The notes: generated by a model not told the origin, from the sequence alone. Numbered from the stretch's first letter, positions 1-8,131 are shown. The stretch is DNA of 64,000 nt from Thermoanaerobaculia bacterium (GCA_027069135.1 JALXFE010000073.1:16629-80628), one strand, 5' to 3'. Numbers and translations: made by a program.

Positions 1-1
1 G

Positions 2-2440
2 GGTGCCGAGGTCGAGAACCTGATCGGTTTTTTCGTCAACACATTGGTGCTGCGGGTGCGGATGGAGCCGGAGCTTTCCTTTCTGGAGCTGCTTGGAGGG
101 GTCAAGGAGACGACGGTCGATGCCTACGAGCATCAGGATGTACCCTTCGAGAAGCTGGTCCTCGAGCTGAACCCGAAGAGGGACCTCAGTCATAGTCCTC
201 TGGTGCAGGTGTTGTTCTCCTTACAGAATATTCCGACCTTGCAGGAGGTCTTGACGGCAGGAGGGGAGACCGCCGCGGCGCCGACCCAGAGCCCGGATGG
301 CCACACGGGAACCGCGAAATTCGATTTCGCGATGTTTGTCTCCGAGGTCGGCGATGGGATCCAGGCTTCGGTGGAATTCAATACGGATCTATTCTCGATG
401 GAGACGATCGAGGAGATTTGTGGCTATTTCACAGCCTTGCTCGAGGGAATCACGGAGAATCCCGAGGCGAGTATCTCGTCTTATCCACTGATGAGCGCGG
501 AGGAGCGGGCTCGGTGTCTCGAGAGCTCCCGGGGCAGCATCCACCGTTTCTCGGAAACGAAGGGGTGCCATCATCTCTTCGAGGATCAATGCCGGAAGAC
601 ACCCGAGGCGGTGGCCGTGGCGTTTGATTCCGAGGGCTCGAGCCAGCAGCTCACGTACGCCGAGCTCAACGCCCACGCCAACCGCATGGCCCACTACCTG
701 AGGGTGCGCGGCGTCCGGGCCGGGGATTGTGTGGCCCTCTGCATTCCCCGGGGCCCTCTGCAGATCGCCGCCGTACTGGCGATCGTGAAGTCCGGAGCCG
801 CATACGCCCCCTTGGACCCGGAGTTCCCGCAAGAACGGCTTCGATTTATCTTGGGGAACGTCAACGCGCCGTGGGTGTTGATCTCCGAAGACACCCGGAT
901 AGAGCTCGATGATTCGGTCCAGGTCCTCATTCTGGAGGAGAAAGAGAAAGAGATCGGCGGACAGAGTGCGGAGGACCTGGAATGGGAGCTTTCCCCCGAG
1001 ACACCCCTCTATGTCATCCATACCTCGGGATCGACGGGGCGGCCCAAGGGCGTCGCCATGCCCCACAGATCCATCGTCAACCTGGTGGAATGGCAGGCCA
1101 GGGCATCGGCCGCCGAATTCGGCGCCACCACGTTGCAATATGCATCCCTGAGCTTCGACGTGGCCAGTCAGGAGATCTTCTCGACCCTGACGTCCGGCGG
1201 CTGTCTACAATTGATCGATGAGAACGTTCGGCGGGAGAGTCCCCGGCTACTGGAGTTCCTCCGCAGCCACGAGGTGAGCCGGCTCTTCTTGCCGCCGGTG
1301 GCCCTGGAGCAGCTCGCCCTGGCGGCGGACGCAAAGAAGCTACCGTTGGACCACATTCGAGAGGTCATTGTCGCCGGCGACAAGCTTCAGATTACCGACA
1401 GCGTTCGGGAGCTCTTCGAAGGTATGCCCCAGGCCCGGTTGGTCAATCAATACGGGCCGACGGAGAGCCATGTGGTTTCCGCCCACACCTTGGAAGGCCC
1501 CGCCTCGGACTGGCCGGTCCATCCGCCCATCGGCCGGCCCATCGACAATGTTCAGCTCTATGTGCTGGACGAGGGGCTGGAGCCGGTGCCGCCGAAGGTT
1601 GCCGGCGAGCTCTACATCGGCGGCGTGGCGGTGGCCCTCGGCTATCTCAATCTGCCGGAGGAATCGAGGGAACGATTCATCGAGAATCCCTTCGAGGAGG
1701 GAGGTGGGGCGCTGTACCGGAGCGGGGACGTCTGCCGCTACGATCGGGACGGTGCGCTGGTCTTTCTCGGAAGGGCGGACCAGCAAATCAAGCTGCGGGG
1801 TTTCCGCATCGAGCCTGGGGAGGTGGAGGTTGCCCTCAAGGGGCACCCGGGGGTCGAGGACGCGGTGGTGGTGAAGCGGCGGTCCAAGCAGGGGGACGAC
1901 CAGCTGGCGGCCTACCTGGTGATGGAGGAAGGGGCCGAGCTGGACAAGAGCTCCCTGCGCGCTCACTTGGCCGAGAGGCTTCCCGTCTACATGATTCCAA
2001 CGCACCTATTACCGCTCCTGAGCTTCCCATTGACCAGCAGTGGCAAGATCGATCGCCGCGGGCTGCCGGAGCCGCTGGAGGAGGAGCTGACCAAGGAGCG
2101 GGAGCGCAGCTATGTGGCACCGCGCACACCGGTCGAACAATTTCTTGCGGACTGTTGGTGCGAGCTGCTGCAGATCGAAAGGGTCGGGATCTACGAGAAT
2201 TTCTTCGAGCTGGGGGGCCACTCCTTGTCGGCGACCCAGCTCGTTTCGCGCATTCGCGATCATTTCGGCCTCGAGCTGCCCCTCTTTCGGATCTTCGAGC
2301 GGCCGACCATCGAGCTGCTGGGATTGGAGATCGTCCAGCTGCTCGCCGCCCAGGAAGAGCGAGAGGAGATGGAAGCCCTCCTCAGCGAGCTGGAGGGTCT
2401 CTCGGAGGAGGATTCCATGGCACTCCTGTCTCATACCTGA
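2..2440 (+). CDS. Non-ribosomal peptide synthetase, 5'-truncated by the window: end of C domain, A domain (proline-like code), PCP, C-terminal acidic tail; no TE
   Basis: The frame is open from base 2 (GAEVENLIGFFVNTLVLR, a C-domain motif). A-domain core motifs: YVIHTSGSTGRPKG, FDVAS, NQYGPTE, LYRSGD, GRADQQIKLRGFRIEPGEVE, LTSSGKIDR. PCP motif FFELGGHSL. Confidence 0.97.
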   Translation, partial: GAEVENLIGFFVNTLVLRVRMEPELSFLELLGGVKETTVDAYEHQDVPFEKLVLELNPKRDLSHSPLVQVLFSLQNIPTLQEVLTAGGETAAAPTQSPDGHTGTAKFDFAMFVSEVGDGIQASVEFNTDLFSMETIEEICGYFTALLEGITENPEASISSYPLMSAEERARCLESSRGSIHRFSETKGCHHLFEDQCRKTPEAVAVAFDSEGSSQQLTYAELNAHANRMAHYLRVRGVRAGDCVALCIPRGPLQIAAVLAIVKSGAAYAPLDPEFPQERLRFILGNVNAPWVLISEDTRIELDDSVQVLILEEKEKEIGGQSAEDLEWELSPETPLYVIHTSGSTGRPKGVAMPHRSIVNLVEWQARASAAEFGATTLQYASLSFDVASQEIFSTLTSGGCLQLIDENVRRESPRLLEFLRSHEVSRLFLPPVALEQLALAADAKKLPLDHIREVIVAGDKLQITDSVRELFEGMPQARLVNQYGPTESHVVSAHTLEGPASDWPVHPPIGRPIDNVQLYVLDEGLEPVPPKVAGELYIGGVAVALGYLNLPEESRERFIENPFEEGGGALYRSGDVCRYDRDGALVFLGRADQQIKLRGFRIEPGEVEVALKGHPGVEDAVVVKRRSKQGDDQLAAYLVMEEGAELDKSSLRAHLAERLPVYMIPTHLLPLLSFPLTSSGKIDRRGLPEPLEEELTKERERSYVAPRTPVEQFLADCWCELLQIERVGIYENFFELGGHSLSATQLVSRIRDHFGLELPLFRIFERPTIELLGLEIVQLLAAQEEREEMEALLSELEGLSEEDSMALLSHT

Positions 2441-2545
2441 GCTCCCTCCTGCCGATCCGAAGGAAAGGCGGGAGTTTGCGAGCTTGAAACTCGGCGGATT
2501 GTCAATCCAATTGCCAATCTGCCGTCTGAGCGATAAGCTCTTCCC

Positions 2546-3745
2546 ATGTTCATTCCCCGGCTCGCCGAGGCGACCCTCCTCGGCCTTCTTCGCGGCTACC
2601 CCCTGGTAGCGGTTACCGGGCCGCGCCAGTCGGGAAAGACCACCTTGGTTCGGGCGATGCTTCCGGACAAGCCCTACGTGAGCCTCGAAAGCCTCGACCA
2701 GCTCGAGTTCGCGACCGAGGACCCGCGGGGATTCCTCGGCCAATTCCCCGACGGGGCTATCCTCGATGAAGTGCAGCGCTGCCCGGCTCTCTTCTCCTAT
2801 CTCCAGACCTTGGTGGACGAGGACGGCCGCATGGGGCTCTTCGTGTTGACCGGATCGCAGCAATTCGAGCTTCTTTCGAAGATCACGCAAAGCCTCGCCG
2901 GTCGCATGGTGATCGTGCGCCTCCTACCGTTCTCCCTGGCGGAGCTTCAGATGGCGGGCAAGGCTCCCGAGGGGATCGACCAGCTACTCTTCACCGGGCT
3001 CTATCCACCGATCTACGACCGCCACCTCGATCCCCACATCTGGTACGGCGGCTACGTCAGCAGCTACCTCGAGCGGGACGTTCGGCAGTTGATCAACGTC
3101 CGTGATCTGAGTGCTTTTCAGCGCTTTCTGCGCATGTGCGCCGCCCGTACCGGCCAGCTCTTGAACTTGAGCTCAATCTCCAACGACTGCGGTATCACAC
3201 ACAACACGGCTCGCTCCTGGCTATCGGTGCTGGAGGCGAGCTACGTCGTCCACTCGCTCCAGCCCCACCACCGCAATTTCAACAAGCGGCTGATCAAGAG
3301 CCCGAAGATCTACTTCCTGGATCCGGGCCTCGCCGCCTGGCTCATGGGGATCCAGAATCCGGAGCAACTTTCGATCCACCCCCACCGGGGTGAGCTCTTC
3401 GAGACCTGGGTGGTCGCCGAGCTGCTCAAGGCCCGCTTCAACGCCGCCCTCGCCTCGAATCTCTACTTCTGGCGGGACCGTTCCGGGCTCGAGGTGGATG
3501 TCCTCATCGAACAAGGAGCCACCCTCGTGCCGGTCGAGATCAAATCCGGCCAGACCCTGGCGCGGCAATTTTTCACCGGTCTGGAGCGATGGCAGGATTT
3601 GGCGGGGGAGTCGGCGGGTCGGCCCTGGCTGGTCTACGGCGGCGAGGAGCGGCAGGGGCGATCACAGGTGGAAGTCGTGCCCTGGAAGGCGATCCAAGAC
3701 CTCGGTGCCGAGGCCACGAATTCGGGTGTAGGACCCCCGGGCTAG
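2546..3745 (+). CDS. AAA+ ATPase with DUF4143 C-terminal domain (COG1373 family)
   Basis: Walker A GPRQSGKT, Walker B ILDEVQ, LTGSQ, YLERDVRQL, KRLIKSPKIYFLDPGL, and a C-terminal EVDVLIE..VPVEIKSG nuclease-like motif. Confidence 0.9.
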   Translation: MFIPRLAEATLLGLLRGYPLVAVTGPRQSGKTTLVRAMLPDKPYVSLESLDQLEFATEDPRGFLGQFPDGAILDEVQRCPALFSYLQTLVDEDGRMGLFVLTGSQQFELLSKITQSLAGRMVIVRLLPFSLAELQMAGKAPEGIDQLLFTGLYPPIYDRHLDPHIWYGGYVSSYLERDVRQLINVRDLSAFQRFLRMCAARTGQLLNLSSISNDCGITHNTARSWLSVLEASYVVHSLQPHHRNFNKRLIKSPKIYFLDPGLAAWLMGIQNPEQLSIHPHRGELFETWVVAELLKARFNAALASNLYFWRDRSGLEVDVLIEQGATLVPVEIKSGQTLARQFFTGLERWQDLAGESAGRPWLVYGGEERQGRSQVEVVPWKAIQDLGAEATNSGVGPPG

Positions 3746-4353
3746 GGCGCCGCGAGCTCTGCCGCTTTGGCTGCGAATCTCTCGGCATCCAGGCGGCGAG
3801 CGGCGAAGCCCCGGCCGAGGGAACCCAATTGGTGCTCCCACCAATCCGGCTTCGGCGCTTCGACGCCCCAGGTTACACCGGGGGAGTAGACCATCCAGAA
3901 ATCCCAGGCCGGCTCCTCGAGGTCGGGGACGAAAGGCTGTACCGCGCCGCCGACCCGACGCTCGCCGTCCCAATAATGAGAGACCCGGTCGCCCTTCATG
4001 AGCTTCATGGCGTTTGCCGTATCTTTTTCCTGGGCCCCGAGCTGGCTGGAGGAGATGACGAAGACCGAGAGATTGGAGATTCCCTGGGCTTTGAGAGCCT
4101 TGTCGACTTCGGAGACCCCCCGAAGACAGACGCCTCACGTGGGGCCCACGAGAAGCACGGCGCGGACGTCCCCGGCGGCGCCGTTGAAGGCCGAACGAAA
4201 GGGTTCGAGATCGGCGCCGACGAGCTCGTAGCCGTCCGGGGCAGCGTCCATGGATCCGGAGGTCCCGGAGGTCGCCCAGCTGAAGACGCCGAAAAGAGCG
4301 ATGCCCAAAACGAGAATGAGGAGCTCGACTTTCAGATAGCGTAGAACCTTCAT
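3742..4353 (-). CDS. Predicted selenoprotein (203 aa): N-terminal membrane anchor plus thioredoxin-like fold with UxxC (U73-G-V-C76), read through TGA at 4135-4137
   Basis: ORFs 4135..4353 and 3742..4008 are in the same frame, and the only stop between them is one TGA. Translation across it reads VRAVLLVGPT-U-GVCLRGVSEV...NAMKLMKGDRVSHYWD. A hairpin follows the UGA directly. Confidence 0.85.
4102..4131 (-). promoter_or_regulatory. Candidate bacterial SECIS element
   Basis: The mRNA after UGA reads GGC GUC UGU CUUCGGG GGGUC UCCGAAG UC GAC. Upper stem CUUCGGG/UCCGAAG, lower stem GUC/GAC, G-starting apical loop 16 nt after the UGA. Folded by eye. Confidence 0.7.
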
Positions 4354-4356
4354 GGA

Positions 4357-4725
4357 TCAAACCCTCCCGGTCAGGAGTTGAACGACGTTGGCCATCACAG
4401 CGAGGGCCCAGAGGATGGCGGAGGACCAGAGCACCCAGCGAACGGCCCGGGGGCGCCGGGTAGAGCAGACCCCTACAGCCTCGGCCCGCTGGCGGTAGAC
4501 GGCGAAGAAGCCGTAGGCCAGGGAGAGGCCCGAAAGGGCGAGGATGGGCAAGCTATAGGGTTTCAGCCCCGCCGCCCAGACGGAGCCGCTGACCCCCAGG
4601 ACACTGACCAGCAGGGGAGCCAGGATCGGCACACAGCACGCGCTGGCGGCGGTGGCCAGGACGGCGGCTCCGGCCCCGGTGGTGGCGGCGCCCCAGGTCT
4701 GAAGGTCCTTCTTTCGGGACTTCAT
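4357..4725 (-). CDS. MerT-like mercuric/heavy-metal transport membrane protein
   Basis: Three hydrophobic segments, a Cys pair in TM1 (ASACCVPIL) and a further loop Cys (GVCST). Start reassigned to ATG 4725, which overlaps the upstream stop (ATGA). Confidence 0.75.
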   Translation of the reverse strand: MKSRKKDLQTWGAATTGAGAAVLATAASACCVPILAPLLVSVLGVSGSVWAAGLKPYSLPILALSGLSLAYGFFAVYRQRAEAVGVCSTRRPRAVRWVLWSSAILWALAVMANVVQLLTGRV

Positions 4726-5159
4726 GAGCTTCCCTTTCTTTTCTTGGCTTCGTCCACGACTCTCCGTACGTTTTTGAGGCAGCATTTCCCCGTCGGGTTG
4801 CGCACCTCGCAGGCGCAGCTCTTTTCCAATACCTGGGCGCGGATGGACTCGAGAATCGAGCTCTCTCCCGTGGCGAGAACCTCCTCTTCGACTTCCGAGT
4901 AGAGATGGCGAAAGCAGTGGCAGACCAGCTCCGGCTCCCAGCGGACCTGCGCCGTCGAGAGCTTGAGCCCTCGGTCCCCGAAGTAGACGACGTCACACTC
5001 CGGGTTGGGGCACAGCCACGTCCCCTGTCGCGGCGGCACAGCTCCTCGGCTAAGAGCCGCGATGGTCAACCATTTGACGGCCTCACCCGTTTCGCCCGAC
5101 TCCGGGCAAGTGGGAGCCCGGGGCGCGACAGCCCCCAGGGCGCAGCAGTCCATGCTCAT
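4722..5159 (-). CDS. Cys-rich putative Fe-S/Zn metallochaperone, resembling the N-terminal domain of Archaeoglobus CopZ (BFD-like [2Fe-2S] family)
   Basis: Motifs MDCC, CPESG, WLCPNPECDVVYF, VCHCF and CACEVRNPTGKCC. Start at ATG 5159 overlaps the merR stop (ATGA). Confidence 0.8.
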   Translation of the reverse strand: MSMDCCALGAVAPRAPTCPESGETGEAVKWLTIAALSRGAVPPRQGTWLCPNPECDVVYFGDRGLKLSTAQVRWEPELVCHCFRHLYSEVEEEVLATGESSILESIRAQVLEKSCACEVRNPTGKCCLKNVRRVVDEAKKRKGSS

Positions 5160-5563
5160 GGTGTGTCCTCTTGAAGAAGCGCGAGGATCGGACATACCCC
5201 GAGGGAGCCCGTCGACTCGCAGCGGCTATGAAGCTCCTCCAACGCACCCCGGATCCGCCGAAGGTCAGCGATGCGTTCCCCGATATCGTCGATTTTCGTC
5301 GCGATCTGCCTCTTCACGTCCGGGCAAGCCGGCTCCGGCGCCTCTCGCAGCGCCAGGAGCTCGGCCACTTCGGCGAGGGAGAATCCCAGCTCCTTGGCCC
5401 GGCGGATGAACCTCAGACTCCGCACCGCATCAGCCGAGTACTGGCGGTAGCCGGAGGCCTTCCGTGGCGGTTCAGCAAGGAGACCCCGTCTCTCGTAATA
5501 GCGCACCGTCTCAACCCCGACGCCAACCTCTCGCGCTAGTTTTCCGATGGTCAGGTGCCTCAT
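5156..5563 (-). CDS. merR: MerR-family metal-responsive regulator, Hg(II)-type Cys pattern
   Basis: N-terminal LTIGKLAREVGVGVETVRYYERRGLL wHTH. From ATG 5563 the Cys residues are C80, C115 and C124 (spacing 35 and 9, as for C82/C117/C126 of Tn21/Tn501 MerR). Confidence 0.85.
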   Translation of the reverse strand: MRHLTIGKLAREVGVGVETVRYYERRGLLAEPPRKASGYRQYSADAVRSLRFIRRAKELGFSLAEVAELLALREAPEPACPDVKRQIATKIDDIGERIADLRRIRGALEELHSRCESTGSLGVCPILALLQEDTP

Positions 5564-5573
5564 GATGGTCCCC

Positions 5574-5605
5574 ATCATAAACCCCGTACCTAAGAACGGG
5601 GTCAA
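5574..5605 (-). promoter_or_regulatory. MerR-type promoter/operator
   Basis: -35 TTGACC (5605-5600), 20-bp spacer, -10 TATGAT (5579-5574). The dyad CCCCGTtC-TTAG-GTACGGGG resembles the mer operator CCGTAC-N4-GTACGG. Confidence 0.85.
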
Positions 5606-5971
5606 GGCTGCTTACCTGACGGAAGTCCAAGGTCTGCGACCCCTGCGACGAAGGCGCCAGTCAACCGAGGGGCTGCGAAGAATAGAGCGAAAGATGAGCC
5701 AGGCGAACTCTCCACCGTCGTTGTCGAGGAGGAGAAAGGTGCTGATACCGGCTCGGGCGTCGAGTTGGATGTAGTGACTGGCCAGGTCCGTTCTGTAGGG
5801 TCAGCAAAATTCCAGTTGAAGTAGGAGGCGTTAGCGGTTTTCTGAAGGTGCTGGAAACTTGGTGTTCGGTGCGCAAGCCTAGTGCCGCGAGGCCTAGAAG
5901 GAGTGCTGTTGGTGTTGGCGATGTGGGCGGTGAGCATGCGGGTGGGCTTCTTTTTCCGCCATAATGTGCCC

Positions 5972-7033
5972 ATGACGACCCAAGACCTCGACTCTCTGCG
6001 CCGCCAAATTCGGGAATTGGACGACCGATTGGTAGAGCTCGCGGCCCAGCGCCAGGACCTGGCTCGGCAAGTGGGGGAGGAGAAGCGGCGGCGGGGGCTG
6101 CCGACGGTGAATTTCGCTCAGGAGCGGGACGTCCTGGAGCGGGCGCGGCGGCGGGCCGAAGAGAGGCGATTGGATCCGAGCCTGGCGGAGGATCTTATGC
6201 TCCGCCTGATCCGGGCTTCGGTGACGGCGCAGGAGGAAGACAGCCTCCGCCATGCCGCCACCGGTGCCGGAGAACAGGCGGTGGTGGTCGGTGGTGCCGG
6301 TCGTATGGGGCGGTGGATCACCCGATTTCTTGAAGCTCAAGGTTTTTCAGTCGCGGTGCTCGATCCTCTGAGGGCGGGCGAGGTGGAGGCTGCCGAAGCC
6401 CTGCTGCCGACGGCACAGCTCGTTCTTTACGCCACACCGCCGGGCCAGACGGCACGGCTCTATCGTGAGCTATGCTCCGCGCCGCCGACGGGCGTCGTAG
6501 CCGACCTGGCCAGCATCAAGACCCCGCTCCTCGAGTCGATCCGAGAGTTGCAGCGGGCGGGGGGGCGAGTGGCGTCGTTTCATCCAATGTTCGGCCCGTC
6601 GACCCTGGTCCTGCGGGACGCCGATGTGCTGATTTGCGAGACCGGCGACCCTTCAGCGACAGCGGCGGTGGAGGCTCTTTTCGAGCCCACGGCGGCCCGC
6701 CGGGTGCATCTGCCGCTGATCGATCACGACCGCCTCATGGCGGACCTCCTGAGCCTCGCCCACGCCACCGCCATCGCGTTCTCGCTAGCACTACCGGACG
6801 CCAACCATCCGGTCCGTAGTACCACGTTCCAGGCCCTCGAGGGGCTGGCTTCGGCGGTCGTGCGGGAGAGCCCGGATCTCTACTACGAGATCCAGGCGGA
6901 CAATCCCCATTCCCTGGCGGCGGTGGAGCGATTGAGGGCGGCGGTGGAGCAGTTGGTGACGGTCGTACGGGCCCGCAGCGTGGACGACTTCCGGGCTTTG
7001 GTAGCAGAGGGCCGCCGCCGCACGGGCCATTAG
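5972..7033 (+). CDS. tyrA: Bifunctional chorismate mutase / prephenate dehydrogenase
   Basis: N-terminal AroQ-like LDSLRRQIRELDDRLVELAAQR..VGEEK; Rossmann VVGGAGRMG; DLASIK, SFHPMFGP, HDRLMA. Start taken at MTTQDL (5972). Confidence 0.9.
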   Translation: MTTQDLDSLRRQIRELDDRLVELAAQRQDLARQVGEEKRRRGLPTVNFAQERDVLERARRRAEERRLDPSLAEDLMLRLIRASVTAQEEDSLRHAATGAGEQAVVVGGAGRMGRWITRFLEAQGFSVAVLDPLRAGEVEAAEALLPTAQLVLYATPPGQTARLYRELCSAPPTGVVADLASIKTPLLESIRELQRAGGRVASFHPMFGPSTLVLRDADVLICETGDPSATAAVEALFEPTAARRVHLPLIDHDRLMADLLSLAHATAIAFSLALPDANHPVRSTTFQALEGLASAVVRESPDLYYEIQADNPHSLAAVERLRAAVEQLVTVVRARSVDDFRALVAEGRRRTGH

Positions 7034-7045
7034 GACGGTTCCCGA

Positions 7046-8131
7046 TCAACCGCCGAAGTGGTAGCCGCCCCGGGCCCGGACCTGGAATTCATCGCTCACC
7101 GTGCGCACCGCCACCCCGCGGTACCCTCCGCCCTCGACGGGCTGTTCACTGCGAAAGCTCAGGAGGTAGAAGCCGCTGTTCTGGCGGGAGATCCGGCGTA
7201 GAGGATCGAGGACGTCCTGGAATCTGAAGAGGTACTCGCCACCGGTCTCCCGAGCCAGGAAATCCAGGCTCTCCTGATGACCCCGCCGGGTCACCCCGAT
7301 GGTGTAGACGGCCACATTGGCGGCGTTGAACGTCTCGATGGCGGTGTCGAGGGCCTTTTCGGTCTTGATCGAGCCGTAGCCGGGCACATCGACTCCGAAG
7401 ACGATGAGGTTCTTTCGACCCGGAACCGCTTCGAGCTCCGCTGCCAGGGTGGTCAGGGCTTCGACGAAATCTGAAGGTGCCTCCCGATCTTCGTCCTGGA
7501 CGAAGGCGGCGAGGGTCACGCCGGGGCTGCGCGGACCGCTCCGGGAGGGCCACCGGGAGTCCGGCGCCTTACCCCGGGAAGCACTGTAAAGAGCCCGACC
7601 GAGGCGGCCCCGGTCTCGGGTGAAATCGTGATGAAGCCGAAGGCGGGTGTCGAAGCCGGCAACGGCTACATGGTCGCTGGGCAGGAGCTCTTCCATGAGC
7701 CATTGGTAGGCCAGCTTTCCCGCCCGGGGGAGGCGGAGATAGAGACGGTTGTCGCCCTGCGTGCCCACCGGCGGCCGGTAGAAGAGCAGCACGAAATACC
7801 GATCCTCCGGAACCTGAAAGGTCTGAGCCTCGAGGTCTGCTTCGACGGCGGAGGCCGGGGTCGCCCCGGCGGCTCCGAGATAGATTCGGTTGCTGTAGAA
7901 GGAGACACTCTCCACCGGCACAGTCCGCCCTTCGTCTTCGACGACGAAATCGTCCCGGTCCAGGCCGATGATGACGTTGCCCTCGCCATCCGTGACCAAG
8001 ACGTCGAGCAGGACCTCGCGAACTTCCAGCTCTTCTTGGAACGGGGCGGGCTCGGGATCCTGGGCCCAGGTCGAGAGCGTTGGGAGTGTGGAAGCTACGA
8101 GAAGCGCGACGGCAGTGGAGAACGGTCTCAT
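7046..8131 (-). CDS. Secreted VWA-domain protein of the Acidobacterial VWFA-related type
   Basis: Signal peptide; VLLDVLVTDGEGN..GLDRDDFVVEDEG; GRKNLIVF; LARETGG; FYLLSF; VRARGGY C-terminus. Start taken at 8131. Confidence 0.8.
   Translation of the reverse strand: MRPFSTAVALLVASTLPTLSTWAQDPEPAPFQEELEVREVLLDVLVTDGEGNVIIGLDRDDFVVEDEGRTVPVESVSFYSNRIYLGAAGATPASAVEADLEAQTFQVPEDRYFVLLFYRPPVGTQGDNRLYLRLPRAGKLAYQWLMEELLPSDHVAVAGFDTRLRLHHDFTRDRGRLGRALYSASRGKAPDSRWPSRSGPRSPGVTLAAFVQDEDREAPSDFVEALTTLAAELEAVPGRKNLIVFGVDVPGYGSIKTEKALDTAIETFNAANVAVYTIGVTRRGHQESLDFLARETGGEYLFRFQDVLDPLRRISRQNSGFYLLSFRSEQPVEGGGYRGVAVRTVSDEFQVRARGGYHFGG

Noticed and set aside
4135-4353. 72-aa and 88-aa ORFs (4135..4353 and 3742..4008) as two separate small genes
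   Set aside because: They are the same frame joined by a stop-free, protein-like segment across one TGA in a UxxC context; better explained as one recoded gene.
5602-5973. 123-aa and 71-aa minus-strand ORFs between merR and tyrA
   Set aside because: No recognisable motif, low-complexity Ser/Thr/Pro composition, and they overlap the mer promoter and tyrA start; at most an unidentifiable remnant.
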